64,000 nt of DNA from a virus (taxonomy: Duplodnaviria > Caudoviricetes). Numbering within the stretch: position 1 is the first letter of the stretch; the number at the start of each line of letters is the position of its first letter. The notes beneath the pieces were generated by a model that worked only from the letters and a program-made list of their open reading frames with translations, had not been told where the DNA came from and ran no database searches. The stretch is taken from positions 3,250-67,249 of the IMG/VR virus record IMGVR_UViG_3300022553_000001. The stretch is one strand, 5' to 3'. A program made the translations under genes and the position numbers. Positions 9,797-19,416 of the stretch are shown here, piece after piece.

Positions 9797-9850
9797 TTTA
9801 TTAACCTCCATTCTTTTCTGTCCAATTCAGGACTGGATACTTGCCCCCAT

Positions 9851-10195
9851 CTACCTTGCAAAATATATAATAACCAAACAATCGTTTGCCTCAACGCCGA
9901 ATACCTGAGACGTTGTTTTACACAGTGTTATCCGCGCGTCTTTTCCCTTCGCATGAATTCTCGCCGCGATCTTCCTAACTGCTATCATGTCATCAGCGTC
10001 CGATGTGGTGTCTGGGACAATCATCGTCGCATCAACATAATTTTCATAGACTCTGTATTCCGGCGAGATCATCAAGTCCCGTTGCGTGGAGGCAGATTCT
10101 ACTTGATGGATAACGAGCAGCGTGCCACCAAAAAGAATCACAAAAATTGCGAGGAATAGAGCTAAGCCAATTATTACCGTAGAATTCTTTGGCAT
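9851..10195 (-). CDS. N-terminally anchored membrane protein
   Basis: Hydrophobic VIIGLALFLAIFVILFGGTLLVI. Confidence 0.55.
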   Translation of the reverse strand: MPKNSTVIIGLALFLAIFVILFGGTLLVIHQVESASTQRDLMISPEYRVYENYVDATMIVPDTTSDADDMIAVRKIAARIHAKGKDARITLCKTTSQVFGVEANDCLVIIYFAR

Positions 10196-10473
10196 CAGTC
10201 CTCCTTTAGTTTGATTTTCTTGGGAGCATAAACGGTTTTCCAGGTTACAGCGCCAGACACGTTAATGGTTCGTCGCTTGCCTGCTGCTACCAGTAAACCA
10301 GTCTGTAACAATTTCTCAGAAACCCATTCTCTAGAATGTTTACAAAATTTGACTAATTCCCGGCTTGTCCATCCTTCAATATTCTCTGATTTCTCGAGTT
10401 CCTGAAGCAGTTCGCTCAGGGTGAAATCAAGATCGGCGGCTCTGCCGAAATTGGGTACAACTTGTTCTGCCAT
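10195..10473 (-). CDS. hypothetical protein, possible HTH
   Basis: WTSRELVKFCKHSREWVSEKL helix pattern. Confidence 0.5.
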   Translation of the reverse strand: MAEQVVPNFGRAADLDFTLSELLQELEKSENIEGWTSRELVKFCKHSREWVSEKLLQTGLLVAAGKRRTINVSGAVTWKTVYAPKKIKLKED

Positions 10474-11207
10474 CTGACACTATCTCCTTCTACCCACAAA
10501 ATCAAACCACCTATGCTTGGAAGTGAGCGCGGGCGGCGCTTGTACATGTATGCGTTTTTTAATTGCCAAGCGGGAGTGATAAAATATAATCTCCCCATGT
10601 CGTCTGGGAACACCCCCCAGCGGTGGACGTGGGAACGAACAATCACGTCGGGAATCGGCACGTTCCAATCGGCGTACGCTTCTTTCGCTTCGCGCCACTC
10701 GCGGGCAGGCGGAGTGGAATGGTAAACTGTTGTTGCATTGGTATGATGGGCGAAAGCAAAGCGTTTGCTATTAAGTAGCATTTCTATTTCCCATTGTGAG
10801 AATTGACCGATGCTGGAATTATTGACATTGAGTAATTTTGCCAGCATCTCGGCATCGCTGCCGGCGCTGCCGTCGTGCCACTCAGTTCCGCGTACCATAT
10901 AGCGCTCTTTCGCGCCACTGAACAGAGGAGATAGAACTTGCTCAGCGGCCTTAATCATATCTGTTCGACCCGGAACGACAATCTGTTCGTCACGGCTTGG
11001 GTGAATGCCTTGGATCGAGTCGCCGTTATGAACAACAACGTACTCTCCTATACTTTTGACTAACTCTTGGAAATCTAGCCAATTTGCCCATAACCAACGC
11101 TGAAATTTGTTCTGTGGGACTGTCGCGCTGTCATCCCGTACAAAATCGGGTGGCCACAATCCAACGGTACTGTTAATGTGCGTGTCGCTGATAACGACAA
11201 TTTTCAA
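10416..11207 (-). CDS. calcineurin-like metallophosphoesterase
   Basis: ISDTH, NGDSIQG, GTEWHD, RSHVH motifs. Confidence 0.85.
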   Translation of the reverse strand: MKIVVISDTHINSTVGLWPPDFVRDDSATVPQNKFQRWLWANWLDFQELVKSIGEYVVVHNGDSIQGIHPSRDEQIVVPGRTDMIKAAEQVLSPLFSGAKERYMVRGTEWHDGSAGSDAEMLAKLLNVNNSSIGQFSQWEIEMLLNSKRFAFAHHTNATTVYHSTPPAREWREAKEAYADWNVPIPDVIVRSHVHRWGVFPDDMGRLYFITPAWQLKNAYMYKRRPRSLPSIGGLILWVEGDSVRWQNKLYPISAEPPILISP

Positions 11208-11280
11208 CCTGTCTCCTTTTAATATGGAGTGGATTCAAATCTGATATACCACGGGCCTTGAGAATTATTGCTTTCCCTCC

Positions 11281-11568
11281 TTACCTGACCATATTCGCCG
11301 TAAACCACAGGGCCGCGCCAACTGTAAGCGCAGAAACAATTATTTGGCTGAATACTGGATACAGAATTTTCTTCCAATTGCTCGCGGTATCCTCAGAATC
11401 TTTATCGTGTCGCGCATGCCAAATCTTCAGGTCATGCACGTCGGTCGCGATACCGTTGTTCAATGCCCTATTGATTTCATCTAGCGATTGAATAATAAAG
11501 CCATATTGTACTTCGCGCGTCGCCTTGGCGATCTCTAACTCTTTTACGCGGTCTTCAATGGTTGGCAT
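11281..11568 (-). CDS. coiled-coil protein with C-terminal TM helix (lysis-accessory-like)
   Basis: IEDRVKELE coiled coil plus C-terminal hydrophobic helix. Confidence 0.5.
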   Translation of the reverse strand: MPTIEDRVKELEIAKATREVQYGFIIQSLDEINRALNNGIATDVHDLKIWHARHDKDSEDTASNWKKILYPVFSQIIVSALTVGAALWFTANMVR

Positions 11569-11616
11569 GGTCTCTCCTAGAATTATATTATTTGTCGGGG
11601 TTGACTTCTATCCCAG

Positions 11617-11996
11617 TTAATATGATATTGCGAAATAGATAATCGCCGCAATCGGAACCGCGATAAGGACAATATGCCATTTTATCTTGTTTTTCCTTTT
11701 TGCTTCCATTCTGATTCCTGCCATAGCGACCACGCTCCGGACAAGCCAATCCAAAAGAGGACGAGGACAATTAGAAATTCATTCATGTCATTCCTGCCTT
11801 ATCTCTATTCCGGTCAATGTTTGCATCGGGTCAAAATCAGCGCCGCGCGCTTTTTCGATTAGCCCAAAGAGTGCGGAGACTAGCATTATCTGGGCGACCA
11901 CTGGAAATAGAATAGGATCATGGGTAAAATGACAACCAGGGCCCATAGAATCCAGAACAATGATAGACTAAGTATTTCTCCACTAGCTTGTTTCAT
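11617..11996 (-). CDS. chain of four tiny overlapping ORFs, three hydrophobic
   Basis: MKQASGEILSLSLFWILWALVV.., MLVSALFGL.., MNEFLIVLVLFWIG.., MEAKRKNKIKWHIVLIAV.. read by hand. Confidence 0.35.
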
Positions 11997-12504
11997 TTTC
12001 CCTCCATCCAAACGCCGTCAGCAAATTTTCTAAGGGTAGTCCCGCATCTTTTGCTATCATATAGAGCAACGCATTTGCCAAGAGCTTCTTTGCAGCTATC
12101 GGCGCGTCCTTTGGATTCCAATCCAGCGCCAGTCGTCCATTCTTAAATGCAACCAAGACCATTGCTTCACCGGTACCGAGGTCAATTCGTCCATCGCCCT
12201 TTGTGAAATATTCACAGATGGATTGTGCGCCCTCGGCGGTGATGACTGATTGCATTAGCAATGTTGCCTCGGTCGCGTGCAACGTAATTCCGAGCCCATC
12301 TAAGTTCGCCGATGCCTGCCAAGATAACTTGGCGTGCAGCGGATCATTGGTAATGGTAATAGTCTGTAGTGCTTCGGTGTCCGAGATTTGCTGTGGCGCG
12401 AATCCCTTTTCTCGCCAAGCCGTGACTACTTCTTCTGTTGTTAGGGCATTAGGAATTTGCGCCATCGGATAGCGCGGCTGAATCTTTGCTAGTTTTTTGC
12501 TCAT
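11983..12504 (-). CDS. hypothetical protein (tail-fibre associated)
   Basis: 173-aa ORF coupled to the tail fibre gene. Confidence 0.6.
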   Translation of the reverse strand: MSKKLAKIQPRYPMAQIPNALTTEEVVTAWREKGFAPQQISDTEALQTITITNDPLHAKLSWQASANLDGLGITLHATEATLLMQSVITAEGAQSICEYFTKGDGRIDLGTGEAMVLVAFKNGRLALDWNPKDAPIAAKKLLANALLYMIAKDAGLPLENLLTAFGWRENETS

Positions 12505-13364
12505 GTGGATTTTTTCATCGCCAATAACTGGATATAAGGCGCAAAGTCACCAGTAGAGCCACTGCCCGTATTTTGTGTGCCATCTGAGCCGGTCGCGCCG
12601 GTGCCTGCTGCGCCGGTCGCACCAGTGCCATCTGCACCAGTTGCGCCAGTGCCAGCCGCAGTTGTTCGATGCATCCATGTTGTTCCGCTAGCACCCGGAT
12701 TCCACCCGGCAATACTTGCAAATTGAGTGATATTAAACGTGTCTCCTGCCGGAGTGGCTTGATAGAATCCGTTGGCATCGAATTTGAATGGGACATCGTG
12801 GGTATGGCTCGGCCCAGTGTGCGTATGGCTCGGCCCAGTGTGCGTATGGCTCGGCCCAGTGTGCGTATGGCTTGGGCCGGTGTGTAAGTGAGTCTTATTC
12901 TGTAGATTCGTCATTGCCGCGCCGACCGTGCCGCCCGTTGTCCCAGAGGTCGGCGTCGCAACGATATATCGTCCGCCGGCGGTTGCGCTGTAATCACTCC
13001 ATCCCGAAAGTAACACACCATCAGTATAAGCAATCATTACCGCGAAACAACCTAAGTTGTCACGAACTTCTTGGTTCAATTGTGCCGCTGTTACGATTTC
13101 ATTGGTGACCCACGTTCTCACGTTTGTTACTCGCGCTTTCGCGCGGATGAACCATTTCTGATTCATTCTGCAAGTTCTTGTTTACTTGCAGGTCGGACTA
13201 TGCTTTCATCCACTAGGGATGCACCGTCTCTAGTCTCTACACACGCCCAGTCTTGCGACTTGCTGGCTCGCTCTCTGCCTCACAGCCTTTAAGCGACTTT
13301 ACGGTGTTCTAGCATGTAGATCGCTCTACTGCCGCCCAAGAAACTTAGGCGAAGACCATGCCAT
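12501..13364 (-). CDS. tail fibre/minor tail protein, spliced (exon 1 13364-13347, exon 2 13118-12501)
   Basis: AGGAG SD and ATG 13364; splicing gives MAWSSP|RTWVTNEIVTAAQLNQEVRDNL, a typical tail-protein N-terminus; Thr/Gly repeats. Confidence 0.82.
12802..12885 (-). repeat. 21-bp coding tandem repeat x4 (HTHTGPS)
   Basis: GTATGGCTCGGCCCAGTGTGC x3 plus one degenerate copy. Confidence 0.9.
13119..13346 (-). ncRNA. group I self-splicing intron, 228 nt, no homing endonuclease
   Basis: P1 CGCCU*AAG/CUUGGGCG with U.G at the 5' splice site; P3 CACCGU/ACGGUG; P7 GACUA/UAGUC within GUAGAGACUA and AAGCAUAGUCC; P9 hairpins; terminal G; P10 UUCU/AGAA. Confidence 0.9.
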
Positions 13365-13399
13365 ATTTACTCCTTTCTATTTTACTTTCTGTTTATAAT

Positions 13400-14869
13400 C
13401 TAATATGCCAACCGTGTGCCAGTGCCTAACTGCGCTGTCCCAATGATCCAATAAGACAAAGTGTTTGCTTTTTCGAGTTTGTAAGTGACCACGTGATTTG
13501 TTCCCGCTAAATCAATAGTATGCTGCATTTGCCCAATCCAATAATCCCGTCCGGCAATTCCCGTTACTGTCTCACTCACAGTCACACGCCCACCAATTTC
13601 TTGGCTCAGAGCTTGGTACATCAGCGCGGCGCTGCGATTAGCATGATATGTAAATCCAACTACTGAATAAGGATCACCATATAATCCCAATAGATAGTCA
13701 GAGAAATCTTGCGCGGTTAGCGAGTTTTGTTGCCAGGGTAAATCAAGTTCAAAAGCATTCTTGAAATAAGCCGTGATACTAGACGCATTAGAAGAAATTG
13801 CCTTAGTTGGATTTGGAGTGTAGAGTGGAAAACCGCGCACTTGTAATTTAGTAACATACATCTGGCTTGCGCCATTCTTAATATGTATCTTCGCGGTTTC
13901 GTTGAAATCAGTAAATGTAATACTTGCCGATGAAGTGCCATCTTTTGCACTGTTATCTGAAGCAGCATTCAGATAATAATCTGTACTAGCTGCCGGAGCT
14001 ACCGAACTAAGCGCCGGGGCATAGGCAAAAGTAACCGGATTGGTATACTGTGCCCAGAAATCTGCGCTCGCATTCGCCTGCATCGATGGCTTGTCGGTCA
14101 TTGACCATACTGTAGTTGATGCACTGATACTGCGGGGATGGGCAATTACAGTGACGTGATTATAGAGCTGCTGATCGTTAAAGTCGTAACGAAAGTCGCT
14201 GAAAACATTTTGGAATGTGCCAGTTGCGGTGGATGAAGAAATTCGATGATTGCGATTCTGGAAGACTCCTAAGCCACTACCATTGATAAAAAACAGTCCC
14301 CACTCTGACTTTGCGACTTCGTTGATCGCATTGCGCGCATTCTTGGCGGCAATCCACCAATAAGGTAGTGTATCCAATGACGCCTCAAAGGATCGCGAGG
14401 CGGATGGAAATGGCACATCATCTAGTATCTTGCCAATTGCACAGGTGGTCGTAATGCTCTGATTCATCGCTACATTGATTGTAGCATCTCGGTCAATGTT
14501 ACGCAGGGCGTCTTCCGCCTCAATAATACACTGTGTCTTATCGCCTACTATCGGTTGCGGTTGGAGTCGCCGAATATAGCCGGTGAACAATTGAAATGCA
14601 CTACCCGATTGAGTAGCCCGAACTCGGATTGGGCGGGTAGGGACTAAGTTACCTGCGCCGATAGGAGTGCTTGTGTTCTCTGGCGAAAAACGGCGATCGG
14701 TATTGTCAAGTTGAAACGAGGCAAAACCAATTTCGGGCAACGTAAACTCGTTCGCGCGCCCGCGTGAGAATGTCATGGCGCGCGTAAAACTTGTAATATC
14801 GTCATACGTTCCATTAAACGACCCAGAGTTATTCCAAGAAACTTCGACAAAATAGGTTGCTAAACCCAT
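13400..14869 (-). CDS. minor tail protein (distal tail/baseplate hub)
   Basis: Directly after tape measure; FSRGRANE..FQLDNTDRRFSP..RPIRV; WIIGTAQLG C-terminus. Confidence 0.75.
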   Translation of the reverse strand: MGLATYFVEVSWNNSGSFNGTYDDITSFTRAMTFSRGRANEFTLPEIGFASFQLDNTDRRFSPENTSTPIGAGNLVPTRPIRVRATQSGSAFQLFTGYIRRLQPQPIVGDKTQCIIEAEDALRNIDRDATINVAMNQSITTTCAIGKILDDVPFPSASRSFEASLDTLPYWWIAAKNARNAINEVAKSEWGLFFINGSGLGVFQNRNHRISSSTATGTFQNVFSDFRYDFNDQQLYNHVTVIAHPRSISASTTVWSMTDKPSMQANASADFWAQYTNPVTFAYAPALSSVAPAASTDYYLNAASDNSAKDGTSSASITFTDFNETAKIHIKNGASQMYVTKLQVRGFPLYTPNPTKAISSNASSITAYFKNAFELDLPWQQNSLTAQDFSDYLLGLYGDPYSVVGFTYHANRSAALMYQALSQEIGGRVTVSETVTGIAGRDYWIGQMQHTIDLAGTNHVVTYKLEKANTLSYWIIGTAQLGTGTRLAY

Positions 14870-17250
14870 TATTCCCTACCCTCCTGTCTCTGGAGGTAGG
14901 GTCTAATGCGCTGTGCGATCCGTGCCATTTCATAGTCATTGGGCGGAACCAGAGATTGAAATACTATAGTTACGTCGGAATTTCCAGAGGACACTCCGCC
15001 CGCGCGATTCACGTCTACTTTTTCGCCAGTCGTTAGCCCAACTATAAATGTATCGTTGGGATAGCCTGGCGGAACAGTAAAACTACCACCGGCCTGATGC
15101 CCCGCTATCGCCGGGTAAGACGAAACAGGCGCGGGCGTAGGGATGGTTTTCTTTTGATCCCCACTGCTATCGTTTACGTCAACATGATGGGTAGTAATAG
15201 TAATATCGGTATTTTTGGGCAAGTCGTCAATGGCCTTTCGAATTGCGTAAATATCATCCCTGGCCTTGGTACTCATGTCGTCGAAGTTCTTGACAGAGTC
15301 GTTTTTGAACGATGCCACCTTATCGCCCATCGAGCCAAACTCAGTCATGTGTGACTTGGATAAATCAGAGGTTTGAGTACGAGCTGAGAGAACAAAGGCC
15401 TGGGCATCCTTGTCCATTGTCGTATATTTGCCATGAACAAAATCTCCTGTCCTGGCGAAAGATTCTTGTACTGCTAAGCTACCACCATCAAAATAAGTTT
15501 TCATCAGCCCTGTATTGAGCTTGGCACTCTCTGCCATGCTGCCCTGACCACCCTTGATTTGATCCATCGCGCCGGTCATTACTCTAGATATTTCCGGCCC
15601 TAGTGGAATGACACCGGATTTAATAGCATTGAACGCATCCTGCCCTGATAGATGAACACCACCAAAGAATTTATCCAATTCCCCTTTCTGGCTCATCAGT
15701 TCCAGCGCATAGACCTGCAACCGTTCTTCTGATTGCCTTTTGAAATCGGCTTTTTCTTTGGCATACTGATCAGCCGCAAGTTGGTTTTGGGTTTTATATT
15801 TATCTTTGACTTTTAGAATCTCGTCAGCATAACTATTATCCAATGTCCTCATTTTATCATTATAAATATCATCCCACCACTTTTCGGCGGCAATTTCTTC
15901 TTCTTTCGTCCTCTTGTTTGCGCCTTCCCGTACCCAGGCAATTTTGTCCTGCCATTCCTGTTCTAGTTTTGCTTTTGTATCACCGAACTTGGTGTCTTGA
16001 TCGGCCAAAGCAGCCCTTAGTTCCGCGTTACTTTTCAGGGCAGACGCGTTATATCTGGCTTGTGCTTCTTCCTGTTTAGTAAAATCAGTTGTTCCGCCGG
16101 TTGCAAATGTAATCTCGGCTTTGAGTCCGCTGGCAGCAATCTCCTGTGCCTTCTTTTTCAGTTCATCCAACTGCTTAGTGGCGATATCGGCGGCATTTCC
16201 TGTATCTATAACTGATTTGCCAAAGTCCTTTGCGGTTGAAGAACCATGAACAAACATATCACCAGCTGCTTGAATTACTTTTGACATAGCGGCAGTTTGC
16301 ACCGCTGCCGCTTCTGCAGCCGTGCCGCCCGCTCTGATTGTGTCAATATATGCTCGATTGCCTGCAATTTGTGCATCGTTCATTACTATAGCGCGTTGGG
16401 TTGCGTCTATACCTTCTTTAGTAATATTCAGAAATTCTGATAATCTCTGTGCTGCTTCACCAATTGCCGGCGCGAGCAGTTTGCCGAATGCCAGTGCAAG
16501 GTTTTCTGCTGCTACTTTAGCGCGTTTCATTGAATCTTCTGCTTTATCTGCACCACCGGACAGATTGCCTAATTCACCCTGGCTTTGTTTCAGAATCGCG
16601 TTAAAAAATGCCTGCTGTTGCTCCTGCTCAGTTAGCGCATCCACAGATTTGTGAATTGACTCCGCATAAAGTCTATATGCCTCTTTGGTATCTAGTACCA
16701 ATCCTACGCTTCTCAGCATACGCGGGGACTGATACTCAATCGCACGCGTGATGGTCTCATATGCCTGTCCTGTCTCGATCCCAAAGGCATTGGCGCGGTC
16801 TTTTGCTAACATCATCAAATTGCTCATCTGACCCAGGTCAAGCGATAAACCCGTAGCCAGTGTTTTTGCGCCAATAGAAACTAACTGCATCTCTGAAACC
16901 GTACCCTCGGACGCCGTTCGCATCGTATTGAGCATCGCTTCCGAGGACAATCCTGCCTGGGCAGCAAGAGTTTTGAACGCGCCTTCCTGCGCCAAAGACG
17001 CCGCGCCCATTTCTGCTAACCGTCGAACACCTTCAACACTTAATGAAATTCCAAGCGCACTGATAGCAGTACTCAAAATACCTGCCGCACTGCCCATTAT
17101 ATTAAAGCCCGCAGAAGTTCCTTCTGCTGCCTGCTTAGCTTCTCCGCCCTTTTGCGTCAACCCCTTAAGTCCTTCTTCAACGGACTTCAGATTGCGGGAC
17201 GCCTCATCTACGGCGGAGATAAGGATACGGATTTGCTCGTCAGAAGCCAC
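14869..17250 (-). CDS. tape measure protein
   Basis: 793 aa, Ala-rich helical; IRILISAVDEAS N-terminus; HQAGGSFTVP..G.TTGEKV C-terminus. Confidence 0.9.
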   Translation of the reverse strand: MASDEQIRILISAVDEASRNLKSVEEGLKGLTQKGGEAKQAAEGTSAGFNIMGSAAGILSTAISALGISLSVEGVRRLAEMGAASLAQEGAFKTLAAQAGLSSEAMLNTMRTASEGTVSEMQLVSIGAKTLATGLSLDLGQMSNLMMLAKDRANAFGIETGQAYETITRAIEYQSPRMLRSVGLVLDTKEAYRLYAESIHKSVDALTEQEQQQAFFNAILKQSQGELGNLSGGADKAEDSMKRAKVAAENLALAFGKLLAPAIGEAAQRLSEFLNITKEGIDATQRAIVMNDAQIAGNRAYIDTIRAGGTAAEAAAVQTAAMSKVIQAAGDMFVHGSSTAKDFGKSVIDTGNAADIATKQLDELKKKAQEIAASGLKAEITFATGGTTDFTKQEEAQARYNASALKSNAELRAALADQDTKFGDTKAKLEQEWQDKIAWVREGANKRTKEEEIAAEKWWDDIYNDKMRTLDNSYADEILKVKDKYKTQNQLAADQYAKEKADFKRQSEERLQVYALELMSQKGELDKFFGGVHLSGQDAFNAIKSGVIPLGPEISRVMTGAMDQIKGGQGSMAESAKLNTGLMKTYFDGGSLAVQESFARTGDFVHGKYTTMDKDAQAFVLSARTQTSDLSKSHMTEFGSMGDKVASFKNDSVKNFDDMSTKARDDIYAIRKAIDDLPKNTDITITTHHVDVNDSSGDQKKTIPTPAPVSSYPAIAGHQAGGSFTVPPGYPNDTFIVGLTTGEKVDVNRAGGVSSGNSDVTIVFQSLVPPNDYEMARIAQRIRPYLQRQEGRE

Positions 17251-17435
17251 GCGCGTAACTCCTTGAGATAAGCCAGTAATTTGAATTGTTCCGGCGTTCG
17301 GTCAAAAATGTCTTCACCACACTCCTTGAGTGTTTGTTGTAGCACTCGTGCAGCGTGAACACGCCGCAAAATTACTATATCCTCGTTCTCTAACTCTGAA
17401 GGCAGGCATCCAAATTCCTTACAGAAATAGGACAT
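17208..17435 (-). CDS. tail assembly chaperone, downstream (GT-like) part
   Basis: FCKEFGCLPSEL motif; frame is open back into the upstream chaperone gene. Confidence 0.65.
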   Translation of the reverse strand: MSYFCKEFGCLPSELENEDIVILRRVHAARVLQQTLKECGEDIFDRTPEQFKLLAYLKELRAWLLTSKSVSLSPP

Positions 17436-17467
17436 CTCCAGGTATTCATCGCCATCACCCTTGCCCT

Positions 17468-17971
17468 CTACTGCGTCGGCGATGGCGACAATGGAAGGGG
17501 GCTTAGTTGAAAGTCCTCACTCAAACTCTTACGTACTGCCTCCACGATCCAGGGCAGCAACGCGAGTTCCAGATTATCTAATGGACTAAGTCGCGCCGCA
17601 AGTTCTTGCCGCTGTGCCTCGGCAATCAGATTTTCATAGTACAAGACCGCAATGGATCGCGTACTGATCTTTTGTGCGGGCGGAGAATCCGAAGTATCCA
17701 AGTCTTTTAGTTCCTGTTCTCGTTTACGTCGTAGATCGACGACCTGGATTATAGCTAATTGGTTTTCTTGAATAGCAGCACATGGCTGCGGTGCAGTAGA
17801 CCCATCGACATTTTTCAGATTCCAGCCGACCAGTAGCTCTGAGAACATCTTCTGTGTGGTTTCGTAGTCTGCCCTTCGCCACTCGTTATACTGCTTGATA
17901 GTCACCTTATCCACGCGCTCGATCCATTCGCCCGCGTGTCCGGGTAGATCACAAAGAATCTTCTTTGGCAC
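17468..17971 (-). CDS. tail assembly chaperone (G-like)
   Basis: Position between tube and TMP; LLVGWNLKNVDG motif. Confidence 0.7.
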   Translation of the reverse strand: MPKKILCDLPGHAGEWIERVDKVTIKQYNEWRRADYETTQKMFSELLVGWNLKNVDGSTAPQPCAAIQENQLAIIQVVDLRRKREQELKDLDTSDSPPAQKISTRSIAVLYYENLIAEAQRQELAARLSPLDNLELALLPWIVEAVRKSLSEDFQLSPLPLSPSPTQ

Positions 17972-17988
17972 TTTGCCCCCTTTTGATT

Positions 17989-18417
17989 TTAATAGACACC
18001 TTTGGTTACACTACCACTAGCCAATGAAAATGTCGCACGTGCGGTAACCAATCCTGCGACCGGCGCTCTGACCTCGTTGCTATCCACTAGCATACACGCA
18101 GTGTATTTCACTGCGCCGGTTGCCGATCCCGCCGGGCCAAACGTAAGCAGCGTGATGTAGCCACTGACACCAGAGCCAGTGAGTACCGCCAAGTTTCCGC
18201 TGGCAGAATCGTCCCCGGCCCAGCCTTCGTACTGAAATTTGGCATCCCCTAACCCAGAGCCAGAGCGTTGTACGCTGTTGTCACCAAATCCGGTGACTTC
18301 GGGATTATTAACCGATTCAGTCAGCAGACAGTTATTTCCGTCGCCGCCAATGTTGACTGTAGTGCCAGCGGCGTTGACCAGGGTGAGACTGGAATTTTTT
18401 CCGTGAATATTTGCCAT
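17989..18417 (-). CDS. tail tube protein paralog 3
   Basis: IHGKN..DGNN..ESVNNPE..SG..DAKFQYEGWA; upstream of the chaperones. Confidence 0.75.
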   Translation of the reverse strand: MANIHGKNSSLTLVNAAGTTVNIGGDGNNCLLTESVNNPEVTGFGDNSVQRSGSGLGDAKFQYEGWAGDDSASGNLAVLTGSGVSGYITLLTFGPAGSATGAVKYTACMLVDSNEVRAPVAGLVTARATFSLASGSVTKGVY

Positions 18418-18426
18418 ATTATCTCC

Positions 18427-18879
18427 TTATCCTGAAATCGTATTCTGCCAGCAAGCACTCTTGACAATGCTTGCACTGGCAAGCGAAAGTGTTGCACGCA
18501 TCGTGACTAGCCCCGCGACCGGCGCGCGAATCTCCGCGCTATCAATCAACATACACGCGCAGTATTTGACCGGACAAGTGCTGCCAACAATAGAGCCGGA
18601 GGGTGCATAGGCAATTTGTGTGATCGTGCCTTTAAGCCCTGCAAACACTGCCATATTACCCGTAGTCGCAGTGTCGTTTGCCCATCCCTCGTACTGGAAT
18701 TTGGCATCATTCAATCCACTGCCGGCGCGTGCTACGTTGCTCATTCCGAAACTCGTGCGCTCTGGGTTATTAACCGATTCAGTCAGCAGACAGTTATTTC
18801 CGTCGCCGCTGAGATTCTGACTTGCGCCTGCCGCATCTACAAATGCGACAAAGGCATTTCGACCGTGAATGTTCGCCAT
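18427..18879 (-). CDS. tail tube protein paralog 2
   Basis: Same motifs; 43 bp identical to paralog 3 (18767-18809 vs 18305-18347). Confidence 0.75.
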   Translation of the reverse strand: MANIHGRNAFVAFVDAAGASQNLSGDGNNCLLTESVNNPERTSFGMSNVARAGSGLNDAKFQYEGWANDTATTGNMAVFAGLKGTITQIAYAPSGSIVGSTCPVKYCACMLIDSAEIRAPVAGLVTMRATLSLASASIVKSACWQNTISG

Positions 18880-18915
18880 AGATAATTCTCCTTTCTATAT
18901 AGATCGTTTATAAAT

Positions 18916-19416
18916 CTATTCTACCCCATTGCGGTATTCTTGTTTCCGCCGAAACGAATTATCATCAATGGATTTATCTAGTCGTGGAGAGACATTGAAC
19001 AAGTCAAGAAATCCTTGATTGCGATATTCGTAGCCACCCAAGTTTCCCCAAAACACCAACCACTCCGCTTGGGTGGGCTCACGCCCGTGGCTTGATTGCA
19101 TTAGCGATGCGAACTCGTTGCCCTTTTTGGCGTTCCATGCAATGTCTGCAAGGACGACATCATTCAACGGCTGTCCGATAAATTCCGCCGCCGGAACTAA
19201 CCAATCGCCTCCATTGTGAATGTATCCATCAATACACTCCTGTTTGCATGGAGGATTTCCGTACAACGCATAGTCAAATTGTGCTTTCAGTTCAGAGATA
19301 ATCCTTGCTCGCATCTGAGGAACCGTTTCGGCGCTCGCCACCCGAGGAGTTGTGAGCAAAATGGATGCCAACATAAGTGCCACTGAAACAACGATCGTTC
19401 CAATTTTCCACTTCAT
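18916..19416 (-). CDS. secreted/exported hypothetical protein
   Basis: Signal peptide MKWKIGTIVVSVALMLASILL..ASA|ET. Confidence 0.65.
   Translation of the reverse strand: MKWKIGTIVVSVALMLASILLTTPRVASAETVPQMRARIISELKAQFDYALYGNPPCKQECIDGYIHNGGDWLVPAAEFIGQPLNDVVLADIAWNAKKGNEFASLMQSSHGREPTQAEWLVFWGNLGGYEYRNQGFLDLFNVSPRLDKSIDDNSFRRKQEYRNGVE

Noticed and set aside
12802-12885. Tandem repeat as a possible CRISPR array
   Set aside because: No spacers; in-frame coding repeat (HTHTGPS)
13119-13166. ORF-track start MNQKWFIRAKARVTNV for the tail fibre
   Set aside because: Lies within the intron P9 hairpins with no SD; the spliced start at 13364 fits better
15097-17266. Several + strand ORFs opposite the tape measure gene (and similar antisense ORFs elsewhere)
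   Set aside because: Shadow frames of long genes with no SD, motifs or operon context
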